NCBI GenBank assembly: GCA_038326655.1 | Contig: JBBQKG010000017.1 | Coordinates: 948-64,947, forward strand | Direction: 5' to 3' | Length of the DNA stretch: 64,000 nt | Origin: Solirubrobacterales bacterium | GTDB taxonomy: Bacteria; Actinomycetota; Thermoleophilia; Solirubrobacterales; JBBDJG01 | In this document: positions 30,164 to 41,870 of the stretch, in pieces | Numbering within the stretch: position 1 is the first letter of the stretch | Layout: the number at the start of each line of letters is the position of its first letter | Made by a program: the position numbers and the translations under genes | Notes under the pieces: model-generated | The model's input: the letters and a program-made list of their open reading frames with translations, nothing else | Databases searched by the model: none | What the model was told of the DNA's origin: nothing

Positions 30164-31002
30164 ACCGCCAGGCGCGTCAGCTCCTCGTCGCTCAGCGCCA
30201 GCCGGGCGGCTTCGACGTTCTCCTCGAGGTGCAGGAGCGAGGAGGTCCCCGGGATCGGAAGCATCGCCTCCGAACGCGCGAGCAGCCACGCAAGCGCCAC
30301 CTGCGCCGGAGTCGCGTCGCGCTCGGCGGCGATCCGCGCGAGCTCCCCGTCGCCGGGGATCTCGCCTTCGAGGACGGGGCGCCACGGCATGTACGCGATC
30401 CCATGGCGGGCGCACGTGTCGACCTCGGGATCCGAGCCGCGGCGGCCGACGTTGTAGAGGTTCTGGACCGAGACGATCGGCGCAAGCTCGAGCGCGCGGT
30501 CGAGGTCGCCGCGAAAGAGGTTGGAGACGCCGATGTGCCGGACCTTGCCCTCGTCCTGCAGCGTGGTGAGGGCGCCGAGCGACTCCTCGAGCGGCACGTC
30601 GGGATCGGGTTGGTGCAGCTGGTAGAGCGGGATCGTGTTGAGCCGCAACCGCCGCAGGCTCGCCTCGCAGGCCGCGCGCAGGTACTCCGGGCGGCCGTTG
30701 GGCCGGGGCTGGCCGTCGACCACCACCTGCCCGCCCTTGGTCGCGATCACGACCCCGGCCGGATAGGGATGAAGTGCCTCCGCGATGAGCCGTTCGCTCG
30801 CATGGTCGGCGCCGTAGACGTCCGCGGTGTCGATCAGGTTCACGCCGAGCTCGAGCGCCCTGTGCAGGAGCGCGTGCGCCGCCCCAGGCCCGCGGTAGTC
30901 CAGCCATCGTGCGCCGAGGCCGATCCGGTTCACGGTGTCCTCGCCGCCAAGCGCCAGCGTTCCGGCTGCGCTCGCGGGCCGCTGTGGCGTGGGCGCCCCC
31001 AT
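30148..31002 (-). CDS. Aldo/keto reductase
   Basis: IDTADVYG, IATKGG, LYQLH, GKVRHIGVSN, PIPGT. Confidence 0.93.
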   Translation of the reverse strand: MGAPTPQRPASAAGTLALGGEDTVNRIGLGARWLDYRGPGAAHALLHRALELGVNLIDTADVYGADHASERLIAEALHPYPAGVVIATKGGQVVVDGQPRPNGRPEYLRAACEASLRRLRLNTIPLYQLHQPDPDVPLEESLGALTTLQDEGKVRHIGVSNLFRGDLDRALELAPIVSVQNLYNVGRRGSDPEVDTCARHGIAYMPWRPVLEGEIPGDGELARIAAERDATPAQVALAWLLARSEAMLPIPGTSSLLHLEENVEAARLALSDEELTRLAVYSSE

Positions 31003-31037
31003 CTCGCCTCTTATACACGTGCGATCCTCCACACGCG

Positions 31038-31531
31038 ATGGAGGTCGAGGTCCAGCCCATGCGCCCGGAGGACTGGCCCGCCGTGCAGGCGATCCACGAT
31101 CAGGGCATCGCGACCGGCGACGCCACCTTCGACGGGAAGTCCCCGGCGTGGGAGGACTGGGACGCCGGGCACCTGCGCGACTGCCGCCTCGTCGCGCGCG
31201 ACCGGTCCGGTGAGGTGGTCGCCTGGGCAGCGCTCAGCGCGGTGCAGCGCAAGAGCGCCTACCGCGGCGTCGCGGAGGGCAGCCTGTACGTGCGCGAGGA
31301 CGTCCGGCACACCGGCGTCGGCCGCGTGCTGTCGCGCGCGCTCGTGCAGGCGGCCGAGGCGGCCGGGATCTGGACCCTGGAAGTGTGGATCTTCCCCGAG
31401 AACAGGGCCAGCATCACGCTCTGCGAGTCGCTCGGCTTTCGCATCGTCGGGGTGCGCGAGCGGATCGGGCAGCGCGAGGGCCGCTGGCGCGACGTGGTCG
31501 TGATGGAGCGCCGCAGCACGGTCGCCGGAAC

Positions 31532-31535
<4 letters not shown>
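31038..31535 (+). CDS. GNAT N-acetyltransferase (YncA/Pat-like)
   Basis: [42 protein letters not shown]. Confidence 0.9.
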
Positions 31536-33517
<1,982 letters not shown>

Positions 33518-33530
33518 CTCGCGGGCGGAC

Positions 33531-34925
33531 CTACCCGTTCAGGGCCTGGGCGAACGCCTCGAACGCGGCGAGGTAGCGCTGGAGGTGCTCGTCCGTGTGC
33601 GCGATCGAGAGCGTCCACTCCTCCTCGACCCCGGGCGTCATGAAGATGCCGTTGTTCATGTGGAAGAACCAGGCCAGCGTGGAGAGGTCGCCGTCGACCT
33701 TCGTGAGGTAGTCGCGATACTCGCGGAGCGGCTCGGAGGCGAACACGACGCAGCCCTTGGCGCCAAGGCCCTGCGTGTAGCAGGGGAGGCCGTAGCGCTT
33801 GATGATCTCGTCGCACCCCCGCAGAAGCTGCGTGTTGGTGCGCTCGAGGCGCTCGTAGGCCTCGGGCACGAGCACCTCAGTGAGCGTCGCGCGCGCCGCC
33901 GCCATCACGAGCGGGTTGCCGTTGAAGGTCCCGTACTGGTGGACGGTGCCGTCCGCGATCACGCCCGCGAGTTCCTCGGTCATCCCGATCGCGCCGCCGG
34001 GCAGGCCGCCGCAGATGGCCTTCGCCAGCGTCACGACGTCCGGCTGCACGCCGAAGCGCTGAGTCGCGCCGCCCGGCGAGATCGTGGCGCCGGTCTTCAC
34101 CTCGTCGAACACGAGCACGACGCCGTGCTCGGAAGTCAGGCGGCGGACCTCCTGGAGGTAGCCCTCGACGGGAGGAATAATGTTGATGTTCATCATCGCG
34201 GGCTCCATGATCAGGGCGGCGACCTGGCCCTTCAGGCGGTCGAGCACGCGGCCGAGCGCGCCGGCGTCGTTGAACGGCACCGCGCGGGTGAGGTCGGTGA
34301 TCGCCTTCGGATAGCCCGCGCCGAAGGGGACGCTCCGGGGATCGTCCCGGTCCCCGAGCGCCTCCAGCGGGGGATAGACAGACACCATCACGGCATCGTG
34401 GTGGCCGTGGTAGGAGCCTTCGATCTTGAGGATCATGTCCCGCCCGGTCGCGCCGCGCGCGACGTGCACGGCATCCATCGTCGACGCGGTGCCGGAGTTG
34501 GTGAACCGCCACTGCGGAAGCCCGAACCGGCGCGCAAGCTCCTCCGCGACGATGATCGAGCCCTCCGTGGGGGCGGCGAAGTGCGTTCCCTGCTCGACGC
34601 GGCGCTTGACCGCCTCGGCGATCGTCGGGTTCGCGTGACCCACGCACATGACGCCGAACCCGTTGTGGAAGTCGATGTAGTCGTTCCCGTCCACGTCCAC
34701 CACCTCGGCGCCGGTGCCACGCTCGATGTAGACGGGCCAGGGGTCGTTCTCCTGAAACGACGAGGGGACGCCCTTCGGCATCACGCGACGGGCCCGCTCG
34801 TAGTACTCGCCTGACCGCGGCGTACGCTCGGCAAGCAGCCGCTTCTGCTCCTCGATCAGCTGGAGGACACGCCGCCGATCGATCTCGGGTGCCGCGGCGA
34901 CAGAGGGAGGCGGCTCGATCGTCAC
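33531..34925 (-). CDS. Class III aminotransferase (GSA-aminomutase-like paralog)
   Basis: FTNSGT, FDEVKTG, LAK..GGLPGGA, GTFNGNP. Lacks the HemL GGVNSPVRAF signature. Confidence 0.9.
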   Translation of the reverse strand: MTIEPPPSVAAAPEIDRRRVLQLIEEQKRLLAERTPRSGEYYERARRVMPKGVPSSFQENDPWPVYIERGTGAEVVDVDGNDYIDFHNGFGVMCVGHANPTIAEAVKRRVEQGTHFAAPTEGSIIVAEELARRFGLPQWRFTNSGTASTMDAVHVARGATGRDMILKIEGSYHGHHDAVMVSVYPPLEALGDRDDPRSVPFGAGYPKAITDLTRAVPFNDAGALGRVLDRLKGQVAALIMEPAMMNINIIPPVEGYLQEVRRLTSEHGVVLVFDEVKTGATISPGGATQRFGVQPDVVTLAKAICGGLPGGAIGMTEELAGVIADGTVHQYGTFNGNPLVMAAARATLTEVLVPEAYERLERTNTQLLRGCDEIIKRYGLPCYTQGLGAKGCVVFASEPLREYRDYLTKVDGDLSTLAWFFHMNNGIFMTPGVEEEWTLSIAHTDEHLQRYLAAFEAFAQALNG

Positions 34926-34988
34926 GCGGCCAAGGCTACCGAGGGATGCAGTGGCCGAAGCGGAGCATCTTTGGCAGGATGTCTTGCC

Positions 34989-36094
34989 ATGGGGGATGAA
35001 CGGACGCTCAGGGAGGAGCCTACCGCTGCGCCCGTGACGGAGCACGCCTGGGCGGAGGGCGCACGAGCAAAACGACGCGACCGGCGGCAACGGAGGCTTA
35101 CCGAGCACTGGCGGCCCCCGGCTTTTACGGCGCCGTTCGGGGCTCTGGCGGCAAAGCGGGCCAGTGCGCCTCCGGCAGACATGCCGACGGTCGACCCGGA
35201 TCGTGACCGCGCGATCGACGATGCGATCGAGGTGCTCCGCTCGGTGCCGTTCGAGGAGCTGCAACGACGTGGCTGGCATTTTCAGCCCAACCACTACTAC
35301 TGGCCGCTGAGCGACCTGGCCTTCCTGCGTGAACACCCTCAGGTGTGGACCCGCGCGGCGCTGCCAGCCGGCGTCGACTGGGATGCCGACGCCCAGCTGG
35401 AGGTGCTCGAAGGCATCGCGGAGTACGCGGGCTGGACGATGTCCGTGATGGACCCGCGGCGGCGCCGGGCGAATACGTTTGGAAAGCCCCTTTCCCGAAA
35501 GGGGATGCTTATGCGTACTACGGTCTCGCGAGGCAGCTGGCCCCGCGGCGTGTCATTGAGGTCGGGGCCGGGTACTCGAGCCTCGTCCTTCGCCGGGCGC
35601 TGGAAGCCAATCGCAGCCCGTGTGAGGTCACGCTCGTCGAGCCCGAGCCCGAATGGAACGTGCTGGGGACGCTGCCACCCGACTGGCAGGTCGTCGAGAA
35701 GCCGGTGCAGTTGGTTGACCCCGCGCACTTCGAGGTGCTCGAGGCCGGTGATGTCCTCTTCTACGACGGCTCGCACTGCGTGCGTACCGGCAGCGACGTC
35801 AACTGGATCGTCTTTGAGGTGCTGCCGCGGCTCGCGGAGGGTGTGTGGATCCACGTCCACGACATCTTCTGGCCATGGGACTACCCTCCCGAATGGGTCC
35901 TAGATGAGGGCCTCAGCTGGAACGAGCAGTACCTGCTGCAGGCCTTCCTGATGAACAACGACGCCTACCGGGTGCGGCTCGCTGTAAGCATGCTCGCCTC
36001 GATTCGCCCGCACCAGGTGAATGAGCTGCTGCGCGGCATGGTCGGCGGCAGCGTCTGGATCGAGAAGCTGATTTCGTCCCGGGAGTCGTCGTAG
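34989..36094 (+). pseudogene. Class I SAM methyltransferase (Methyltransf_24-like), frameshifted near 35430
   Basis: PNHYYWP...QLEVLEGIAEYA continues in another frame as LDDV...IEVGAGYSS...FYDGSH...HVHDIF...WNEQY. Confidence 0.8.
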
Positions 36095-36122
36095 CTGGTA
36101 GTCGGCCGACGACGCGCTACTA

Positions 36123-37013
36123 CTAGGTTTTTCGGTCTCGATCCGGATGGCGTAGCGGCTGCCTGAAGGGCCGCAGTCCTGGCTCCCAGCGCATCGCACC
36201 GATCACATCCTGACCGCCCCATCGATCCTCGACGTAGCTCGTGATCTTCCACTGTGGCCGGTCGAGGAAGCGCCAAACCCACGACGGCTCGACCAGCGAG
36301 ATGCCGTAGCGAGAGGGTTCCCGAAGCTCGCGGCGCTCCGCCTGGGTCGTCGCGTACTCGCGGAAGGTGAAGCCACCGTCGGCGTTTGCAAGCTCAAGGT
36401 TTCGCTCGGCATCACATAGATAGAAGCTCGCGTACTCCGGATCCCGTAGGCGCTCACGAATTGCGCGACCGTGGACGGTGAAGACCAAAATCCCTCCTGG
36501 CATCACAGCTCTCTCGAAGAACTCGAAGAACTCTTGCCACATCGGTTCGTTGAGGTGCGTAAAGAGGGAGCAGACCCAAACCAGGTCGAATGGTTCGTCG
36601 ATCTCGACCTCGCGTGGATGTTCGCGCCCGTATATCGGCTGCGCCTGGAACTGCTGGGCGCAGAACTCGACCGCTCGGTCGTCGATGTCACAGATAGCCA
36701 ACCGCGCGCTGGGATATTCAGCACGGAGAAACCGGGTGACGCGCCCGTAGCCCGACGCGAAATCGAGCACGCTCGAGGGTTCGGCCTTCTGAGCGCACAG
36801 CATCGCGAGGCGGATCGCGTCCAGCCCCGCCCGGCCGAGCATCAGGTAGTTGCCGGGATCCCACATCGGATCGCCGGCAACTGTCTCCTCTGAGACGACT
36901 GGATACCGACGAAGGGCGTCCATGCAGAACTCGGTCGCCGAGGTCGTGCTCTCCCCGACGCTCAACATATCGCCGGGGGATTCGGCCGGCAGCTGGGACC
37001 GGTCGCTACGCAA
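36123..37013 (-). CDS. Class I SAM-dependent methyltransferase
   Basis: VLDFASGYGRVTR, FDLVWVCSLFTHL, GGILVFTVHG, GQDV; start uncertain. Confidence 0.88.
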   Translation of the reverse strand: MRSDRSQLPAESPGDMLSVGESTTSATEFCMDALRRYPVVSEETVAGDPMWDPGNYLMLGRAGLDAIRLAMLCAQKAEPSSVLDFASGYGRVTRFLRAEYPSARLAICDIDDRAVEFCAQQFQAQPIYGREHPREVEIDEPFDLVWVCSLFTHLNEPMWQEFFEFFERAVMPGGILVFTVHGRAIRERLRDPEYASFYLCDAERNLELANADGGFTFREYATTQAERRELREPSRYGISLVEPSWVWRFLDRPQWKITSYVEDRWGGQDVIGAMRWEPGLRPFRQPLRHPDRDRKT

Positions 37014-37702
37014 CTGCTACCAGATCCTGACCGAGCCAGGCCGCTTCACTGAAAATCACGATTCGCCAGCCCGCGTCACGAACCTCCGCGGCGATCCACT
37101 CCGGTGAGGCGAAGCAATCACCAAGGTCATCGGTGCCGGTGGAACCGTAGGCAAAACCCGTTTCGTCGTAGTCGCGGAGGACTTGATCGAGCTCGTTGCC
37201 GGAAAAGCGGAGCGTGTTCTCTCCGGTACGAAGCCCCTCGCCCACGACGCTCTGACCGTGAGTCGTGAAGATGGCAAGTCCCTGAGCTGCGACAGAGCGC
37301 CGAAGGAAGCGCAGCAGCGTCTTCCATGCGGGCGCGTCCAGATGTGACAGCAGCGAGCCGACCCAGATCAGGTCGAACCGTCCAAGATCGAGGGACGACG
37401 GATCTCTGGGAACAACGACGGCCTCGTCGGCTCCGAGCCGTCGCTGACAGAAGCGCGGCATCGAATCGAAGATGTCGGCGGCCACGATCTCCGCTCCTGA
37501 ATACGCCGCTCTGAGCCACCTCAGCACTCGCCCATAGCCACAGGCGTAATCGAGCACTCGGCGCGGTGAAGGGCGGGTCGGCGGCTGCGAGGGCCAGCTC
37601 GATCCACCGAAGCGCCGACTCGCCCGCTTCTAAGTAAAGCTCGGGGGCGTACTCGTACATGGGATCCCGTGGCAGACGAATGTCGGAGACTTGAAGGTCC
37701 AT
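37006..37702 (-). pseudogene. Class I SAM methyltransferase paralog, frameshifted near 37562
   Basis: MDLQVSD..YLEAGESAL..PPFT in one frame; VLDYACGYGRVL..FDLIWVGSLLSHL..GQDL in another. Confidence 0.8.
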
Positions 37703-37776
37703 TCGCGCGAGCTTAACTCCTGCGTAGCGCTGTCTTGGGAGTTCGCATCGGATCACCTCGAGCGACGCCGTGACGC

Positions 37777-39279
37777 CTACAGCCAGCTATCCCTGAGCTC
37801 CGCACGCTTGATCTTGCCGCTCGAGGTCTTCGGCAGCTCGGTGCGGAACTCGATCACCCGCGGATACTTGTACGGCGCGGTCGCTTCCTTGGCGTGCTCC
37901 TGGAGCTCGGCGCCCAGCTCCGCCGAGGGCTCGAATCCCTCGCGCAGCACGACCACCGCGCGCACGACCGACCCTCGTTCCTGGTCGGGATAGGCGACGG
38001 CGGCAGCCTCGGCGACCGCCCGGTGCTGGACCAGGGCCGATTCGACCTCGAACGGCCCGATCCGGTAACCAGCCGAGAGGATCACGTCATCCAGCCGCCC
38101 CTCGAACCAGAGAAACCCGTCCTCGTCGCGGCGGACCCGGTCCCCGGTATGCCACCGCTCGCCCGCAAACGGCGGCTCGCCGAGATACCCGCGGAAGAAC
38201 GTCGGCACGGTCGATGGGTCGAGCGTCAGCTCGCCCTCGCCGGCCGGCGCGCCGTCCTCATTGATCACGTCCAAGCGAAAGCCCGGCAGCGGGCGGCCCA
38301 TCGACCCTGGCCGGACCGGCTGATCGGGGGGCATGCCGGTCAGCTGGCCGGTCTCGGTCTGGCCGTACCCGTCGTGGATCGCGAGGCCGAGCGCCTCCTG
38401 GAAAGCGCCGATCACTTCGGGATTGAGCGGCTCGCCGGCCGACACCAGCCGCCGCAGCGCCGGAAGCTCCAGCCCGGCAAGCCCCGCGCGCTTCACGATC
38501 ATCCGGTACTCGGTGGGCGACTGGCACAGCACGGTGACCTCGTGCTCCGCCAGTAGCGAGAGCCGCTCGGCCGGGTCGAAGCGAGCGTCGTGTAGAAGGC
38601 AGGCGGCGCCCCTCACCCAGGGCGCCACGAATGCGTTGCGAGCCGACTTCGACCAGCCGCTCGCGGCGGTGCACCAGACCAGGTCGCCCTCACGGGGCCC
38701 GAGCCAGTGCTCCGCCTGCGTGGCCTGGCCGCGCAGGTAGCGCTGTACGTGGACGACGCCGCGCGGTTCGCCCACGGTGCCGGATGTGAAGACCATCAGC
38801 GCCGGGTCCTCGAGCGCCGTCGCGGCTGGAGGCGCCGCTTCGCCCCCGGGCAGGCCCTCGGCATCCACGGCGATCACGGCGGGCGCCGGCTCCACGCCGG
38901 CCAGCGCGGGCAGGAGCTCCTCCATGTCCCGTGCGGCGGCGAGCACGAGGCGGGGCCGAGCCGCGGCGACTCGAAGCGCGATGTCCTTCCGGCGCAGCTG
39001 CTCGGAGCATGGGAGCGTGACCGCGCCGAGTCGCCAGGCGCCGAGCATCGCGAACACCCATTCGGGGCGTGGGCCCATCAACGTCATCACGACGTCGCCG
39101 CGGCCGACCCCGGCAATCGCAAGGCCCGCGGCGGTGTGGGCGGCTCGCTCTGCCACCTCCGCGAACGTGAAGCTCCGCACCGAGCCCCCGGAGTCGACTG
39201 CGCGAAGCGCCTCCTCGCCGCCTCGCTCCCGCGCGAGCCGCTCGACCACGTCGGTGGTGAAATTGAACCCGTCCGGCAC
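37777..39279 (-). CDS. Medium-chain acyl-CoA synthetase (AMP-forming)
   Basis: FTSGTVGEP, SAGEPLNP, GYGQTET, TGD, PYKYPR, PKTSSGKI. Confidence 0.93.
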   Translation of the reverse strand: MPDGFNFTTDVVERLARERGGEEALRAVDSGGSVRSFTFAEVAERAAHTAAGLAIAGVGRGDVVMTLMGPRPEWVFAMLGAWRLGAVTLPCSEQLRRKDIALRVAAARPRLVLAAARDMEELLPALAGVEPAPAVIAVDAEGLPGGEAAPPAATALEDPALMVFTSGTVGEPRGVVHVQRYLRGQATQAEHWLGPREGDLVWCTAASGWSKSARNAFVAPWVRGAACLLHDARFDPAERLSLLAEHEVTVLCQSPTEYRMIVKRAGLAGLELPALRRLVSAGEPLNPEVIGAFQEALGLAIHDGYGQTETGQLTGMPPDQPVRPGSMGRPLPGFRLDVINEDGAPAGEGELTLDPSTVPTFFRGYLGEPPFAGERWHTGDRVRRDEDGFLWFEGRLDDVILSAGYRIGPFEVESALVQHRAVAEAAAVAYPDQERGSVVRAVVVLREGFEPSAELGAELQEHAKEATAPYKYPRVIEFRTELPKTSSGKIKRAELRDSWL

Positions 39280-39324
39280 GACGCGAGATGGTACGCGGCC
39301 GAGGCTTCGGCTAGGGTCCTGCAC

Positions 39325-40299
39325 GTGTCGCGCCGGGTCAAGGGTCATGCAGCACGCACGCTGCTCGCCGCTGCGATCGCGGTCGGCGTTCTCGCCGTCG
39401 CCCCGTCTGGCGCAAGCGCCCTCTTCAGCCAGTGCCCGCCGGTCGGAGCCGACACCGGGTGCCAGTTCCTGATCACGCTGACAGGCGGCGCTCCTTCGGT
39501 TCAGCAGGACGTCGCGCAGCCCGCCTACGAGCAGTCCGAGGACGCGCTGATCGGCGTCCAGAACAACACCGGCGGATCGATCACGTCCTTGCCGCTGTCC
39601 GCGCCGGGGCTCTTCAGCTTCGACGCCGACGGGATCTGCAACCCCAACCTCGGCGCCACCGGTGCGGTTCCAGCGGGTTGTGTCCCGGCGCCCGGCTCCC
39701 CACCCGGGACGGTGTGCGGCTCGCAGTTCGGTACGTGCTCCTTTGCGAAGCCGCCTGGGCAACCGGCGGGATACAGGGAACCCGGTGCGCCGGCCGCCAG
39801 CACCCAGAACGGCTACGAGGGCCCGGACACCTGGTTCTCCGGCGTTACGACCGACCTGGCAAGCGGCACGGTCAACTTCTCACCGGCGCTCAAGAACGGC
39901 AAATCGAGCTACTTCGGCCTCGAAGAGCCGCCGAGCCTGCAGCAGCTGAAGGTCGGCACCCCGGTCGGGGGAAAGCCGACGGCGGGCAGCGTCGTCCAGC
40001 TGCCCTCGAACAAGAAGTGCGTGAGCAGGCGCAAGTTCCGCATCCACGTGCGCCGACCCGGCGGGATCACGGTCCAGACGGCGCTCGTGTTCGTCAACGG
40101 CAAGCGGGTCCGTGTCTTCAAGGCGAAGTACTTCCGGAAGCTGCGCCACACCGCGACTGTGAACCTCCGGGGGCTGCCGAAGGGCACGTTCGTCGTGCGG
40201 CTCGTGGTCCTGACGACCAAGGGCGACACGCTCAAGGGCAAGCGCACGTACCACACGTGCACCAAGAAGCGGAAGCACAAGAAGCCCCCGCAGCTTTAG
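39325..40299 (+). CDS. Secreted Cys-containing protein with strongly basic C-terminal domain
   Basis: Signal peptide ending ASA; QCPPVGADTGC..FDADGIC..GYEGP; Lys/Arg-rich tail CVSRRKF..RTYHTC. Confidence 0.8.
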   Translation: MSRRVKGHAARTLLAAAIAVGVLAVAPSGASALFSQCPPVGADTGCQFLITLTGGAPSVQQDVAQPAYEQSEDALIGVQNNTGGSITSLPLSAPGLFSFDADGICNPNLGATGAVPAGCVPAPGSPPGTVCGSQFGTCSFAKPPGQPAGYREPGAPAASTQNGYEGPDTWFSGVTTDLASGTVNFSPALKNGKSSYFGLEEPPSLQQLKVGTPVGGKPTAGSVVQLPSNKKCVSRRKFRIHVRRPGGITVQTALVFVNGKRVRVFKAKYFRKLRHTATVNLRGLPKGTFVVRLVVLTTKGDTLKGKRTYHTCTKKRKHKKPPQL

Positions 40300-40538
40300 G
40301 GAGCTTCGTAAAGCTTGATCACGCGCACCGTGTCATCCGGCGTCGCGTCGACGCACAGGTAGCAGAGCACGCACTCATCGAGGTTCTCCTCGACGATCTT
40401 CAGCGTGCCGTCTCCGGCCTGTCCGAAGATGTCGACGGGGCACACCTCTGCGAGCTTCCGCGCCAGCTCGGCGTCGCGCGCGACCGCGTCGTCCACCTCG
40501 ACGTCGATGAAGATCGCTTTCGGCGCGGTTGTGCTCAC
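40296..40538 (-). CDS. 4Fe-4S ferredoxin
   Basis: EVCPVDIF and ECVLCYLC; GTGA overlap with the upstream gene. Confidence 0.85.
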   Translation of the reverse strand: MSTTAPKAIFIDVEVDDAVARDAELARKLAEVCPVDIFGQAGDGTLKIVEENLDECVLCYLCVDATPDDTVRVIKLYEAP

Positions 40539-41458
40539 GTCGCCACCTTCGATCCGAGACGCTCCTTCACGAGGTCGGGGATCTCGGCGATCTCCTCCGC
40601 GACCGTGATGCCGGCCTCCTGGAGGCGCGCGATCTTCTCGCCCGCCGTGTCGGCCTTGCCCTCGACGATCGTGCCGGCGTGGCCGAAGCTCATGCCCGGC
40701 ATCTCGTCCATGAACTTGCCCGCCATGAAGGCGACGATCGGCAACCGCGAGTTGTGCTCGGTGACCCAGCGGGCGAGGTCGGCCTCCATGCGGCCGCCCG
40801 GCTCCGTGTAGATCACGATCGCCTGTGTCTGATCGTCGCCCTCGAACAGCGGCATCAGCTCGGTGTAGGTGGAGCCGATGATCGCGTCGCCGCCGATCGA
40901 GACCGCGGTCGACTGGCCGAGCCCGGAGGCGGTGAGCGTGCTCGAAATCTCGGTGGTCATGCCGCCGCTGCGCGACATCACGCCGACGGTACCGGGGGTG
41001 TAGGCCTTTGCCGCGTCCTTCGCCGGGCCGCCAATCCCGCCCATTTTGATCACGTCCGGCACGATCACGCCGAGGCAGTTGGGCCCGATGATGCGCGCCT
41101 GCCTCGCGCTTGCGAGCTCGACCATCTGGGCGACGTCGCGGCGGGGGATGCGCTCGGTGACGATCACGATCAGCTCGATCCCGTTCTCGAGCGCCTCGAA
41201 GACCGCGTCCTTGGTGAAGGCGGGGGGGACGGTGACGACCGAGCCCTTGATCGGCGTCCCGTGGTGCTCGACCGCCTGCTCGACCGTGTCGAAGACCGGC
41301 ACGCCGTGGACGTCGCGCCCCTTGCGGCCGGGCGTCACGCCGCCGACCACCTTTGCGCCCGCGCCGTAGTCGAGGCACTCGCGCGTGAGGTTGACCGCCT
41401 CGCGCCCGGTGATGCCCTGGACGATGAAGGTGGTGTCTTCGGAGATCAGGATCGACAT
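40535..41458 (-). CDS. ADP-forming acyl-CoA ligase alpha subunit (SucD-like)
   Basis: VQGITG, GVTPG, IIGPNCLG, SRSGG, FGHAG phospho-His. Confidence 0.9.
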   Translation of the reverse strand: MSILISEDTTFIVQGITGREAVNLTRECLDYGAGAKVVGGVTPGRKGRDVHGVPVFDTVEQAVEHHGTPIKGSVVTVPPAFTKDAVFEALENGIELIVIVTERIPRRDVAQMVELASARQARIIGPNCLGVIVPDVIKMGGIGGPAKDAAKAYTPGTVGVMSRSGGMTTEISSTLTASGLGQSTAVSIGGDAIIGSTYTELMPLFEGDDQTQAIVIYTEPGGRMEADLARWVTEHNSRLPIVAFMAGKFMDEMPGMSFGHAGTIVEGKADTAGEKIARLQEAGITVAEEIAEIPDLVKERLGSKVAT

Positions 41459-41465
41459 CGGCTGC

Positions 41466-41870
41466 TCAGCTCTCCGTGGCGGCTGCAAGTCCGGCCGCCG
41501 CTCGAGCCTCTTCCTCGGTCGTGTAGTAGTCGATGCGCGAAATCATCCCGTTTCGCACGGTGTTCACGGTGGCGTTTCGCCGGGTGGCGGAGGCGCCGCT
41601 GCCCTTGCCTTGAGCGATCATGGTGAAGATCGCCACCACGACGTCGCCGGCGTCTATTAGCTCCGCCGGCCCGACCTCCCAGCTCTCCCACGCAGCTCCC
41701 CAATCCTCGAGCCATTTCCCTACGCCTGCGTGGCCGTGATAGCTACCGGCGTCCGGGATGTCGTAGTCGACGACGTCGACGTCAGGGTCGATCAGATCCC
41801 AGCGAATCTCGCCCTGCTCGGCCAAGCTGGTGTTGAACTGCTCGACTGCCGCGATCGCCTCCTCGCTCAC
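41466..41870 (-). CDS. NTF2/SnoaL-like protein
   Basis: GSYHGHAGV..W, LIDAGDVVVA, GKGSG; GTGA overlap with the SucC-like gene. Confidence 0.82.
   Translation of the reverse strand: MSEEAIAAVEQFNTSLAEQGEIRWDLIDPDVDVVDYDIPDAGSYHGHAGVGKWLEDWGAAWESWEVGPAELIDAGDVVVAIFTMIAQGKGSGASATRRNATVNTVRNGMISRIDYYTTEEEARAAAGLAAATES

Noticed and set aside
33531-34925. Calling this gene hemL
   Set aside because: It lacks the GGVNSPVRAF signature and has no hem neighbours
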